Origin: Bacteroidales bacterium
GTDB taxonomy: Bacteria; Bacteroidota; Bacteroidia; Bacteroidales; VadinHA17
Direction: 5' to 3'
Assembly (NCBI GenBank): GCA_038207725.1
Contig: JBBQZN010000010.1
Span: 1,838-65,837 of the forward strand
Length of the DNA stretch: 64,000 nt
Positions 1-9,453 of this stretch are shown here, piece by piece. A program made the position numbers and the translations under genes. The notes under the pieces were generated by a model. It ran no database searches and was not told where the DNA came from. It saw only the letters and a program-made list of their open reading frames with translations. The first letter of the stretch is position 1. Each line of letters begins with the position of its first letter.

Positions 1-101
1 AATAAATTCAGCCAGATCCAGAAAGTTATTTTTCAGCCTGATCCGTTCCAGAAGACTGCGACTCTGAAAATAAAGAGATTTCTTTATACCTGATAATCAA
101 T

Positions 102-154
102 AAAAGAGGCTGTCTCAAAAGCAATACCATGTAACTTTTGAGACAGCCTCTTTT
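102..154. terminator. Hairpin with a perfect 20-bp stem (aaaagaggctgtctcaaaag / cttttgagacagcctctttt). Likely a bidirectional intrinsic terminator downstream of the SOD gene.
   Basis: Inverted repeat 102-121 vs 135-154 read directly. The flanks are T-rich when read on either strand. Confidence 0.7.
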
Positions 155-162
155 ATTGTTGC

Positions 163-888
163 TTACTTCAATGCTGCCTGGTATCTTTTATTAACCTCAT
201 CCCAGTTTACAACATTCCAGAATGCATCAACATAATCAGCTCTTTTGTTCTGATATTTAAGATAATAGGCATGTTCCCAAACGTCAAGCGTTAGCAGAGG
301 AGTTCCTTTAACAGCAGATACGTCCATAAGCGGATTATCCTGGTTGGGGGTACTTCCGACAGCCAGATTTTTATCAGTATTAACATAAAGCCATGCCCAT
401 CCGCTTCCGAATCTTGTTTTGGCAGCATTATTAAAGGCCTCCTTGAATTTATCAAAAGATGTGAAAGCCTTTGTTATTGCAGCTGACAACTCGGGAGACG
501 GTCCGGAGGAGCCCTTACCAAGGTTGTTCCAGAAAAAAACATGGTTATAATAACCTCCACCGTTGTTTCTGACGGCATCTGTTTGTTTGGAAACAGAGGC
601 AAAAATCTCATTAAGCGGCATCGATTCAAGGGGAGTGCCTTTAATTGCATTTACAAAATTGGTATAATATGCTCTGTGGTGCCTGTCGTAATGAATTTCC
701 ATTGTTTTGGCATCAATATAAGGCTCAAGAGCATCGTAGGCATACGGAAGCGCAGGAAACTCCGGTGCCACGGCATATTCAGCAACATTTGTTCTTGCCA
801 TAACCGGATCACCGGCCAGAAGATTCAAACTAATGATCAGAGCCATCGCAGACAGTCCGATCGGTTTTAAAATTTTTTTATATTCCAT
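163..888 (-). CDS. Fe/Mn-family superoxide dismutase with an N-terminal signal-peptide-like extension
   Basis: Fe/Mn-SOD signatures are present (HYDRHHRAYY, DVWEHAYYLKYQNKRADY). The N-terminus MEYKKILKPIGLSAMALIISLNLLAG...VMA is signal-like. The longest ORF reaches 933, but the ATG at 888 gives a canonical signal n-region. The start is uncertain. Confidence 0.85.
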   Translation of the reverse strand: MEYKKILKPIGLSAMALIISLNLLAGDPVMARTNVAEYAVAPEFPALPYAYDALEPYIDAKTMEIHYDRHHRAYYTNFVNAIKGTPLESMPLNEIFASVSKQTDAVRNNGGGYYNHVFFWNNLGKGSSGPSPELSAAITKAFTSFDKFKEAFNNAAKTRFGSGWAWLYVNTDKNLAVGSTPNQDNPLMDVSAVKGTPLLTLDVWEHAYYLKYQNKRADYVDAFWNVVNWDEVNKRYQAALK

Positions 889-920
889 GATTAGCATTTT
901 TCTGAGTAACAGATAATTTT

Positions 921-928
921 TACGTTTG
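921..928 (+). promoter_or_regulatory. Candidate Bacteroidota -7 box TAcgTTTG, possibly for the HMA-DoxX-SCO1-cox operon
   Basis: Matches TAnnTTTG about 130 nt upstream of the ATG at 1058. It lies inside the doubtful N-terminal extension of the SOD ORF. Confidence 0.25.
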
Positions 929-1057
929 TTCAATTTCCAACAATTAACACCATATTATTGCTATGATTTTTGACACTTTTTAACAGTATCAGGAAATTAT
1001 TCATACTTTTATGCTAGTTAATTTATATGCAACATCTTAACCTAAAACTTCTTCAAA

Positions 1058-1411
1058 ATGTCTAAAAACAAACTCTTCACAAAGCTTCTTCTTTTTGCAT
1101 ACCTGCTTATTGTTGTTTCATGCAGCGGTAATGGCAAAAAAAATGAAAAAACAGAATCTGTGATGGAAGCTTCACTCATAGAAGTATCGATTGGTGGTAT
1201 GACTTGTACGGGATGTGAGCAGACAATTCAAACCGTTGTCGGTAAACTTGAGGGAATCAAGTCGGTTAAAGCATCTTTTACCTCAGGAAATGCCTTGGTG
1301 GAATACTATCCCGAAATTGTTGATTCAGTTAAGATAAGAGAAACGATTACGGGCACAGGCTATACGGTTAAAAAAATCGTTCCTATGCAAACAGAGGAAG
1401 TTGCCAAATGA
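1058..1411 (+). CDS. Heavy-metal-associated (HMA) domain lipoprotein, a CopZ-like copper chaperone
   Basis: Lipobox LIVVSC and the GMTCTGCEQT metal-binding motif are present. It sits directly upstream of SCO1 and the oxidase genes. Confidence 0.8.
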   Translation: MSKNKLFTKLLLFAYLLIVVSCSGNGKKNEKTESVMEASLIEVSIGGMTCTGCEQTIQTVVGKLEGIKSVKASFTSGNALVEYYPEIVDSVKIRETITGTGYTVKKIVPMQTEEVAK

Positions 1412-1818
1412 ATCAAGGAATTATGAAAAAATTTACAACAATTGGGAGAATTCTTTTTGCAATACCTTTTGCAGTTTTTGGTATAAACCATTTTATAATG
1501 AAGGATTATTATGTTGGAATGCTTACTTCGTTTATTCCATTGGGGGCTTATACTATTATACTTACAGGTATTTTTCTTATAGCTGCCAGTATTAGTATAA
1601 TCTTGAAAAAGTATGTGAAAATTACAACTATACTTCTTGCAATTCTTCTCTTTTTCTTCATAGTAACTATTCATATTCCTCATCTCTTTCATGATGCTGA
1701 CAATACTATTACTATAATTGCCCTGTTAAAAGACATAAGCCTGATGGGGGGCTCACTGATGATTGCAGGTATATATTCGGAAGAAGAATCTGAAAAGAAA
1801 AGCAAAATGATCAAATAG
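1408..1818 (+). CDS. DoxX-family small integral membrane protein
   Basis: About 4 predicted TM segments and a DoxX-like N-terminus (GRILFAIPFAVFGINHF). It overlaps the preceding gene by 4 bp at an ATGA junction. Confidence 0.6.
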   Translation: MNQGIMKKFTTIGRILFAIPFAVFGINHFIMKDYYVGMLTSFIPLGAYTIILTGIFLIAASISIILKKYVKITTILLAILLFFFIVTIHIPHLFHDADNTITIIALLKDISLMGGSLMIAGIYSEEESEKKSKMIK

Positions 1819-1900
1819 TACTTTTACAATACTTTTCTTTGAAGAATAAGATTGCAAAAAAAATTTAACTTTATGCTTTATAATATTTAAACCTTCCCTT

Positions 1901-2686
1901 ATGAGTCAGATTAAATATTTTTGCATTGTCTTTCTTTGGTTATTAGGACTGGAATCATATTCCCAATCAACTCTGTACGAACAGCAGATGCAGGTGGGTT
2001 TTGAGGAAAAACAGGGGCAATATGCTGCCATGGATGTTAAGCTTGTTAATGAAACAGGAGATACTGTGCTTCTGAAAGATGTTATTAAAAAACCGACTAT
2101 CCTCAATCTCGTCTATTTCAGATGTCCGGGAACCTGCAGCCCGTTGATGTGGGGAGTATCTAAATTTATTGATGAAGTAGACCTTAAGCTTGGTACCGAT
2201 TATCAGGTTATAACAATCAGTTTTGATTATACTGAAGGCATTGATCTGGGAATCAAAAAGAAAGCAAGCTACGTCAGTACAATGAAGAAAAAGGAATTAG
2301 CTTCCGGCTGGCAGTTTTTTGTTTCCGACAGTCTGAATATTGCCAGGCTTACAAAGTCAGTTGGTTTCGATTATAAATATATTAACAATCAGTTCGTTCA
2401 TCCGACTGGTCTGATTGCTCTGGCTTCGGATGGTAAGATTACAAGATATCTCAGAGGTATTGAGTTTCTCCCGTTTGAAATAAAAATCACAATGGTTGAG
2501 GCTGCCAATGGAAAAATCGGACCAAGCATCAATCGTCTTCTGGCAGTATGTTATTCTTATGATGAGAAAGGAAACCAGTTTGTGTTCAATGTTACAAGGG
2601 TTTCAGCAATAGTTATCATCTTCATCATAACTATGTTCTTTTTATACCTCATCGTGACACGGAAAAAAACAAAAAAGGAAGGTTAG
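1901..2686 (+). CDS. SCO1/SenC family copper chaperone for cytochrome c oxidase assembly
   Basis: Thioredoxin-like CxxxC motif (FRCPGTCSPL) and a C-terminal TM anchor. Its stop is 3 nt from the ctaD start. Confidence 0.8.
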   Translation: MSQIKYFCIVFLWLLGLESYSQSTLYEQQMQVGFEEKQGQYAAMDVKLVNETGDTVLLKDVIKKPTILNLVYFRCPGTCSPLMWGVSKFIDEVDLKLGTDYQVITISFDYTEGIDLGIKKKASYVSTMKKKELASGWQFFVSDSLNIARLTKSVGFDYKYINNQFVHPTGLIALASDGKITRYLRGIEFLPFEIKITMVEAANGKIGPSINRLLAVCYSYDEKGNQFVFNVTRVSAIVIIFIITMFFLYLIVTRKKTKKEG

Positions 2687-2689
2687 TAT

Positions 2690-4303
2690 ATGAGTGCTAA
2701 GGAAGGTTTTACAGAACCCAGCTATCTGGAATATAAAGGAAAATATACAGGCATACGTGCCTGGATCCTTTCCACAGATCATAAAAGAATAGCATTGCTA
2801 TATCTTTTTTCTATCCTTTCATTCTTTGCGGTGGGAGCCACAATCGGGCTGTTAATGAAATTTGAACTGCTAGCCCCCGGAAAGACAATAATGGATGCAC
2901 AGACCTATAATGCATTCTTTACCCTGCACGGAATTGTAATGATTTTTGCTGTTGTTATACCCGGATTACCTGCTGTATTTGGTAATTTTCTTTTGCCTAT
3001 CCTTATAGGAGCAAAAGATGTGGCTTTCCCAAGGCTAAATCTTTTTTCATGGTACCTGTATGTCGCTGGTGTTTCTCTTGTTGTAATTTCACAATTTGCA
3101 GGAGACGGTCCGCCGGATACAGGCTGGACATTTTATGCACCTTACAGTTTCAGAACTGCAGGAACTATGCTTCCGGCAATTTTTGGTGCTTTTGTTCTTG
3201 GATTTTCATCGATACTTACAGGATTGAATTTTGTAGTCACAATACACAGGATGCGTGCCCCGGGCATGACCTGGTTAAAAATGCCGTTATTCCCATGGAC
3301 CCTATATGCTACAGGCTGGATTCAGCTTCTTGCAACTCCGATTATAGGGATAACACTATTGATGGTAGCTGCAGAAAGATTATTTCACATAGGGTTTTTC
3401 GATCCTACCCTTGGAGGAGATCCGATTCTATATCAGCATCTTTTCTGGACCTACAGCCACCCGGCAGTTTATATTATGATTTTACCTGCAATGGGTGCTA
3501 TCTCGGAGATAATTCCAACCTTCTCCAAAAAGGTTCTTTTTGGCTATAAATTCATGGTTGCATCAAGCCTTTTAATTGCTTTTGTAGGTTATTTCGTGTG
3601 GGGACACCACATGTTCACTGCCGGGATGAGCGGACAAGCCCTTTATGTTTTTTCACTGCTTACATTTCTTGTCGCTATTCCCAGTGCAATAAAGGTATTT
3701 AACTGGGTATCTACACTGTATAAAGGTTCAATAGATTTACAGACGCCTTTTTACTGGGCAATTGCTTTTATATTTGTTTTCATGATAGGCGGATTTACCG
3801 GACTTATTCTTGGTTCGCTTGCCGCCGATGTACACTTGCATAATACTGCCTTTGTTGTTGCACACTTCCATTTCATAGTCTTTGGAGGAACCGGTTTTGC
3901 CTTTTTCGGGGCAATGCATTACTGGTATCCTAAAATAACAGGGAAGATGTATGATACCCGCTGGGCAAATACAGGATTGCTTTTATTATTTGTTGGTTTT
4001 ATAACACTATATGGCCCAATGTTCTATCTTGGTGTAGAAGGCATGCCAAGAAGGTATTTTGACTATGATGAAGTATTCCATGCGGGGAATATAATATCAA
4101 CAATGGGATCGTGGGTGCTTTACAGCGGATTAATTATAGTAATTACCAATTTATTTATGTCATTAAAATCAGGACCAAAAGCTCCTGCAAATCCATGGGG
4201 AGGAAGTACTCTTGAATGGACAATCCCTTCTCCTCCTCCTGTCGAAAATTTTGAAGAAATACCTGTAATAACAAAAGGACCATACGACTATAATAAAGTT
4301 TGA
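2690..4303 (+). CDS. ctaD: Cytochrome c oxidase subunit I (heme-copper oxidase, A-type)
   Basis: Motifs include WFFGHPEVY-like SHPAVYIMILP, VWGHHMFT and HFHFIVFGG. The protein has about 12 TM helices. Confidence 0.95.
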   Translation: MSAKEGFTEPSYLEYKGKYTGIRAWILSTDHKRIALLYLFSILSFFAVGATIGLLMKFELLAPGKTIMDAQTYNAFFTLHGIVMIFAVVIPGLPAVFGNFLLPILIGAKDVAFPRLNLFSWYLYVAGVSLVVISQFAGDGPPDTGWTFYAPYSFRTAGTMLPAIFGAFVLGFSSILTGLNFVVTIHRMRAPGMTWLKMPLFPWTLYATGWIQLLATPIIGITLLMVAAERLFHIGFFDPTLGGDPILYQHLFWTYSHPAVYIMILPAMGAISEIIPTFSKKVLFGYKFMVASSLLIAFVGYFVWGHHMFTAGMSGQALYVFSLLTFLVAIPSAIKVFNWVSTLYKGSIDLQTPFYWAIAFIFVFMIGGFTGLILGSLAADVHLHNTAFVVAHFHFIVFGGTGFAFFGAMHYWYPKITGKMYDTRWANTGLLLLFVGFITLYGPMFYLGVEGMPRRYFDYDEVFHAGNIISTMGSWVLYSGLIIVITNLFMSLKSGPKAPANPWGGSTLEWTIPSPPPVENFEEIPVITKGPYDYNKV

Positions 4304-4305
4304 AA

Positions 4306-4902
4306 ATGGAAATTCACCGAGACGATCTGGCTTCGAAGACTGGGATGTGGCTGTTTCTATTTACAGAAATGCTGCTTTTTGCCGGTCTTTTTATTGTATA
4401 CTCTGTTTACAGGTATATCAATGCCGAAGCCTTTCATCTTGCCGCCCATGAACTGAATGTCGTTATTGGAACAGTAAATACTGTTATTCTCCTGATCAGC
4501 AGTTCGACTATAGCCATGTCAATTACAGCCCTGCAGAAAAAGAATAAGAAACTCTCACTTATACTTCTTGGCATTACAGTTCTTCTGGGAATTGTGTTTC
4601 TTGTAAACAAGTATTTCGAGTGGGGGCATCATATTAAGGATCAGATCTATCCCGGATCGTCTGTTCTTGCCCTTCGTGGACAGGGCGATGTATTATTCTA
4701 TGGCTTATATTTCTTCATGACAGGCCTGCATGCTCTTCACATTATTGTCGGATTAGTGTTCATCGTATTTATTGCAGTCTACATTAAACGCGATAAAGTA
4801 ACCTTCGATAACTTTGTTCTGCTTGAAAACAGTGGTTTGTACTGGCATCTTGTTGACTTAATCTGGATATTCCTTTTCCCTTTGTTTTATCTTATCACTT
4901 AA
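4306..4902 (+). CDS. ctaE: Cytochrome c oxidase subunit III
   Basis: About 200 aa with 5 TM segments and CoxIII-like motifs (LFLFTEMLLFAGLF, YWHLVDLIWIFLFPLFYL). A TTG at 4300 is an alternative start. Confidence 0.85.
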   Translation: MEIHRDDLASKTGMWLFLFTEMLLFAGLFIVYSVYRYINAEAFHLAAHELNVVIGTVNTVILLISSSTIAMSITALQKKNKKLSLILLGITVLLGIVFLVNKYFEWGHHIKDQIYPGSSVLALRGQGDVLFYGLYFFMTGLHALHIIVGLVFIVFIAVYIKRDKVTFDNFVLLENSGLYWHLVDLIWIFLFPLFYLIT

Positions 4903-4916
4903 ACCTGCCTCAGAGA

Positions 4917-5201
4917 ATGGAACACGAAAAACATCATATAGTACCATATCGGACATTTCTGTCAGTGCTTGCATTATTAATAATTCTGACACTTGTTTCG
5001 GTTTTAGTCACTAAGGTTTATCTGGGGACATTAACTGTTGCAATTGCTCTTTTAATAGCAGCAATCAAATCTACATTTGTATTGAGGATATTTATGCATC
5101 TAAAGTTTGAGAACAGGATGTTTACTATTATGGCTCTGGCCATAATTATTCTGATTTGTCTGGTAATTTTTATAACTCTTCTTGACTACCTTTATAGATA
5201 A
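4917..5201 (+). CDS. ctaF: Cytochrome c oxidase subunit IV (caa3-type small subunit)
   Basis: 94 aa with 3 TM segments. The call rests on its position after ctaE and on family-typical size and hydrophobicity. Confidence 0.7.
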   Translation: MEHEKHHIVPYRTFLSVLALLIILTLVSVLVTKVYLGTLTVAIALLIAAIKSTFVLRIFMHLKFENRMFTIMALAIIILICLVIFITLLDYLYR

Positions 5202-5206
5202 TAAGT

Positions 5207-6157
5207 ATGCACCCAACAACCGGAATCGACGCTTCAAATTACGTATCATCTTTTAACACAGCCTTTTACTTTATGGTGGGAGTATCTCTGGTATTCCTTA
5301 TCGGGCTTACTGTGCTGATGCTGTATTTTGTATTCCGTTATAACAATAAGAAAAATAAAGTTGCTACCCAGATTGAAGGAGATAACCGTCTTGAGATAAT
5401 ATGGACAGTAATACCAACAATACTGGCTCTGGTGATGTTTTATTTCGGCTGGGCCGGATACACGCCTATGACAAAGGCTCCGGACAATGCAATGGTAGTT
5501 AAAAGTGTCGCAAGGATGTGGAGTTTTTCGTTTCAGTATGAAAACGGTAAGCAAAGCCGCGATCTTGTAGTTCCGGTTAATACTCCTGTTAAAATTAATC
5601 TTGTCTCTCTCGATGTAATTCACAGCATTTTTATTCCTGCCTTCAGGATAAAGTCTGATATGGTTCCCGGAAGAGAAAAAATGATGTGGTTCCTTCCGAA
5701 AAGAGAAGGGGAATATGATCTTTATTGTGCTGAATATTGCGGACTTCAGCATTCATACATGAATTCAATTGTTAAGGTACTTTCTCAGGAAGATTATAAT
5801 AAGTGGTATACTGATAGTGTTGTGGTTACTACCGTTACTGCAGGAGCGGCTCCGGGTGATGCAGGCAAGGCTATTATGCAGGCAAATGGTTGTGATGCAT
5901 GTCATTCAACAGACGGATCAAAGATTATTGGTCCAAGCTATCTGAATCTTTGGGGCGAACAGCAGATAGTTGTCCGCAACGGAAAAGAGTTCCCTGTCAA
6001 GGTTGATGAAGAATATATCAAAAAAGCAATTTATGATCCTAATGTGGAAGTGGTTAAGGGATATCCTAAAGACCTGATGCAGAGCTATAAGGATATTATT
6101 ACTGCTGATGATCTGGTCAAGATAGTTGAATATCTGAAAACCCTTCATGATAAGTAG
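5207..6157 (+). CDS. ctaC: Cytochrome c oxidase subunit II with a fused C-terminal cytochrome c domain (caa3-type)
   Basis: CuA motif CAEYCGLQHSYM and a C-terminal heme c motif CDACH followed by GPSYLNLWG. Confidence 0.9.
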   Translation: MHPTTGIDASNYVSSFNTAFYFMVGVSLVFLIGLTVLMLYFVFRYNNKKNKVATQIEGDNRLEIIWTVIPTILALVMFYFGWAGYTPMTKAPDNAMVVKSVARMWSFSFQYENGKQSRDLVVPVNTPVKINLVSLDVIHSIFIPAFRIKSDMVPGREKMMWFLPKREGEYDLYCAEYCGLQHSYMNSIVKVLSQEDYNKWYTDSVVVTTVTAGAAPGDAGKAIMQANGCDACHSTDGSKIIGPSYLNLWGEQQIVVRNGKEFPVKVDEEYIKKAIYDPNVEVVKGYPKDLMQSYKDIITADDLVKIVEYLKTLHDK

Positions 6158-7022
6158 TTTCATCGACAAGGTTAAGACATACCTTGTTCTAAGTAAAATA
6201 AAGATAATGATTCCGGTGAGCCTGACAGGTTTCACCGGATATTTTATTTTTGATCCCTATATTTCTGATGATATCATTCTTGTAACTTTAGGAATTCTGT
6301 TTCTTGCCATTTCTTCTTCGGTACTTAACCAGATACAGGAAGTTGATCTTGACCGCCGAATGAAACGGACTCAGGGCCGGCCACTTCCTACCGGTAAAAT
6401 AAGTGCCCGACATGCTCTGGTATATTTTTTCATAACACTGATTTCAGGTACTTTATTAGTTTATTTAGCAGGTAATCTTACTGCAGCAGTTATCGGAATA
6501 CTTACAATTTCCTGGTACAACGGCATATATACCTATGCCAAAAGGATTACCGCTTTTGCTGTAGTTCCGGGGGCTTTAACCGGAGCATTGCCTCCCCTGA
6601 TTGGCTGGGTGGCAGCTGGCGGCGGATTGCTCGATAAACCAATTATCTTTCTTCAGTTTCTGTTTTTTATCGGACAGATACCTCACTTCTGGCTGCTTGT
6701 TCTGAAGTACGGAGAAGAGTATGGAAATGCCGGTATGCCAAGCCTTACAAATATCTTTAGCAGACCACAGATTAACCGGCTTACTTTTACCTGGGTTGTA
6801 ACTTCCGCAATGTCTGCTTTATTCCTATGCTATTTCCAAATAATTCAAAGCAAAGTAATAATCGGCATTCTGATGATTGCCTCTGCCGTTCTTGTCTGGC
6901 AGTTTTCAGAATTAATAAGTATAACAGAAACCAACACAAAAACTAAGAAATACTCCGTTTTGCTTGATTCCTATTTTTTACTTGTCCTTATATTACTTAT
7001 CTGCGACAGAATAATTGCCTGA
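6147..7022 (+). CDS. ctaB: Protoheme IX farnesyltransferase (heme O synthase)
   Basis: UbiA-type prenyltransferase features (NQIQEVDLDRRMKRTQGRPLPTGK) in a polytopic membrane protein. It overlaps ctaC by 11 nt. Confidence 0.9.
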   Translation: MISSFIDKVKTYLVLSKIKIMIPVSLTGFTGYFIFDPYISDDIILVTLGILFLAISSSVLNQIQEVDLDRRMKRTQGRPLPTGKISARHALVYFFITLISGTLLVYLAGNLTAAVIGILTISWYNGIYTYAKRITAFAVVPGALTGALPPLIGWVAAGGGLLDKPIIFLQFLFFIGQIPHFWLLVLKYGEEYGNAGMPSLTNIFSRPQINRLTFTWVVTSAMSALFLCYFQIIQSKVIIGILMIASAVLVWQFSELISITETNTKTKKYSVLLDSYFLLVLILLICDRIIA

Positions 7023-7059
7023 TCGTTTGGGTAATTTTAAGCCGTGTTTAAGACACTTT

Positions 7060-8241
7060 CTATACGAAATGGTGATTACGGCTCTCTTCGATATATGGAT
7101 GGTTTGAAGGCATAATTTTTGCTTTTCCAAGTGTGTTTCCAACAACAAGAGCAAAAAGACCGGCATAACCCAGAAAGATTCCTGCTTCAATCAATCCGAA
7201 TTTAAGTAATCCGGTAGTACCGGGTACAACCTGGCCATACAGGTCAAGATACTGTCCGATTAACAGAAAGAATATTACTATTGTTATCACGGTCATATTC
7301 CGGCTTGTCTTAACTGGCAGAAGTACAAGGAATGGGATGGTCCAGTTAAGTCCGATCTCAAGAAAGAACAATACTTTCCAGCCTTCCTGCCAGCGTGCAG
7401 AATAATAGATTGTCTCTTCAGGAATATTGCCATACCATATTATCATGAACTGGGCAAACCAGAAATATCCCCAGATTATTGACAGGATAAAAATATACCT
7501 TGCAAAATCGTGCAGGTGATATTTATTTAAAAATGGGAAATATCCTCTTTTATAAAGTATGAAAACGATGAGGGTGATAACCGAAACACCATGAAGAAAT
7601 GCTGCCACGAAGTTTTTGAGAGCAAATATTGTACTGTACCAATGGGCATCAATCGACATTATCCAGTCGAATGCTGAAAATGAAAAGGTAATGGCAAGAA
7701 TGAAAATGAATATTTTCGAATACAGTTCACTTTTACCAAACAGGCCCATAATTCCTTTATGATCTGAAGGATCATACGAGTCTTCCTTAAGTGAAAGCTT
7801 CCTTAGTATACGGGTGAAAATTATCCAAAGTATAAAGAATACTATCAGTCTTAAATAAAAAAAAGGAACATTTAAAAAGGCAGATTTATGCTGTAATAAT
7901 GCGTCGCTGGCCACGGCCGCCTTGTTGGACCAATGATAAAGATCGTGAATGCCAAAATAAAGTAACAGGAAGGAAACAGCAGCAAAAGGAATATAAGCCA
8001 TCATTGCCTCCGGTACTCGTTTAAACGCCGACGACCAGCCGGATTGAGAAATACTTTGAATTGCCAGAAAGAAAGCGGCCCCGATTGCCAGCGACAAATA
8101 ATAATAATTTACAAGCAGATAATTTGCCCAGGTTCTCTGCTGATCCGAAACCAGGCCAAAAATCATTGATCCCGCACCAATACAAATTAATGCTATTGTT
8201 ATTATTCTGAAGGTTTTCGAAACGGTTAATTGCTCCTTCAT
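7060..8241 (-). CDS. actF: Alternative Complex III subunit ActF (polytopic membrane subunit)
   Basis: Last gene of the actABCDEF-ordered operon. It is a 393-aa multi-TM protein. Confidence 0.75.
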   Translation of the reverse strand: MKEQLTVSKTFRIITIALICIGAGSMIFGLVSDQQRTWANYLLVNYYYLSLAIGAAFFLAIQSISQSGWSSAFKRVPEAMMAYIPFAAVSFLLLYFGIHDLYHWSNKAAVASDALLQHKSAFLNVPFFYLRLIVFFILWIIFTRILRKLSLKEDSYDPSDHKGIMGLFGKSELYSKIFIFILAITFSFSAFDWIMSIDAHWYSTIFALKNFVAAFLHGVSVITLIVFILYKRGYFPFLNKYHLHDFARYIFILSIIWGYFWFAQFMIIWYGNIPEETIYYSARWQEGWKVLFFLEIGLNWTIPFLVLLPVKTSRNMTVITIVIFFLLIGQYLDLYGQVVPGTTGLLKFGLIEAGIFLGYAGLFALVVGNTLGKAKIMPSNHPYIEESRNHHFV

Positions 8242-8293
8242 TATTTTAAGTTTTAGTAATATCTGAGATCATCATATTTTAATGTCTCTGTAG

Positions 8294-8911
8294 CTAATTA
8301 GTTTTTGAATCTTGCGAAGCTGCCGAAGCAATTCTTGCCTCCTCCTGAAGTTTTCTTATGTAATTAATTATAATCCATCTGTCCTCAGGTCTTATCTGAG
8401 ATCCGTGAGCTCCCATGGAACCAAAACCGAGAGTTATTGAGTGGTATATCTCACCATCCTTAAGTAAATCTGCCGCGTCGCTTATGAGAGTTCTTGGTTT
8501 CAAAGGATACAGACCACTTTTATAAAGGTGTCCATCCCCTGCTCCGCCTGCCCCATGGCATCCCATGCAGAAAATTGTATATTCCTTCTTTCCTCTTTCC
8601 AGAGTTCCGGAGGTGACTGACATCGGATTTATTAATTCAATTCCGGCAAGCTTTCTCGATTCAGCATCAATTGTATAGTTAAAAGGAGTAAAATCACGTG
8701 GTACGGTACCCGGCACAGGAGTTCTCATTGTCATTCCGTCCTTGAAATTCGGATTCTTTGTGAATGACTCGTAGGCTGTGGAGTAAAACATATCAGGGAA
8801 ATAATCCCATCCGGTATCATTCCTGTTCCTGTCGCAGCCATTCAGAATAACTGCAAAAAGAATGAGAATAACTATCCTATAAATATTTCCCGACATAATT
8901 TTGTTTTTCAT
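8294..8911 (-). CDS. actE: Alternative Complex III subunit ActE (monoheme cytochrome c lipoprotein)
   Basis: Lipobox LNGC and a single CMGCH heme motif. It overlaps actD by 4 bp. Confidence 0.8.
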   Translation of the reverse strand: MKNKIMSGNIYRIVILILFAVILNGCDRNRNDTGWDYFPDMFYSTAYESFTKNPNFKDGMTMRTPVPGTVPRDFTPFNYTIDAESRKLAGIELINPMSVTSGTLERGKKEYTIFCMGCHGAGGAGDGHLYKSGLYPLKPRTLISDAADLLKDGEIYHSITLGFGSMGAHGSQIRPEDRWIIINYIRKLQEEARIASAASQDSKTN

Positions 8912-9441
8912 ACACTAACGTTTTCAAATTCTTTATCAAGAATCTCAACTGCACCTTCATCTTTCATAAGGCTTCCTGCCTTCTCAGCAGAAGATTTGTC
9001 CAAAATCTCAGTTTCAACGACAATCACGAATTTATCGTCGGTTGCCCTGTAATCGAAAATTGTGTTTTCACGACCAGGATAAAGTTTTGATCGCGCTGAG
9101 AAAGCAGCCAGACTTAAAATTGTAACTATAAAAATTGTAAGGACTATAGTTACTACAATAAACGAAGGAAAAGAATTGAACGGTTTTCCGCCATATACAA
9201 TAGGCCAGTCAATTACTGAGATGTAATACAGAAAGGCCAGCACTGCAATAATAGCAAACAGCCCGAAAAAATATGCGGCAGCAGGAAGCTTTGATTTTCG
9301 TTTAAGAAGATGAAATACCTCATGCATCGGATAAGGAGTAAATACATCGTGAATCTTTAAATCCTTTTCCTGGAGCGACTTAATTGAGGAAAGAAATTTT
9401 TCCTCTTCATCGAAAATTCCTATAATAAAAGATCTGCTCAT
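8908..9441 (-). CDS. actD: Alternative Complex III subunit ActD (DUF3341-type membrane protein)
   Basis: 177 aa with two central TM helices. It sits between the NrfD-like and cytochrome c subunits. Confidence 0.7.
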   Translation of the reverse strand: MSRSFIIGIFDEEEKFLSSIKSLQEKDLKIHDVFTPYPMHEVFHLLKRKSKLPAAAYFFGLFAIIAVLAFLYYISVIDWPIVYGGKPFNSFPSFIVVTIVLTIFIVTILSLAAFSARSKLYPGRENTIFDYRATDDKFVIVVETEILDKSSAEKAGSLMKDEGAVEILDKEFENVSV

Positions 9442-9453
9442 AAATGAATCTTT

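Noticed and set aside
889-933. N-terminal 15-codon extension of the SOD ORF (MNKRKNYLLLRKMLI).
   Set aside because: The downstream ATG at 888 gives a canonical signal-peptide n-region, and a plus-strand TAcgTTTG box lies inside the extension. The shorter start is more plausible, but this is unproven.
3049-3549. 166-aa ORF inside ctaD in another frame. Similar long shadow ORFs lie at 5246-5752, 14039-14455, 17561-17992, 51909-52364, 60645-61097 and 62972-63484.
   Set aside because: All of them lie fully within, or antisense to, strongly supported genes, and their translations are low-complexity or Cys/Arg/Ser-rich. They have no independent support.
7023-7059. I expected a terminator between the convergent ctaB and actF genes.
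   Set aside because: Only a 4-bp potential stem (gtgt...acac) is visible, which is not enough to call a terminator.
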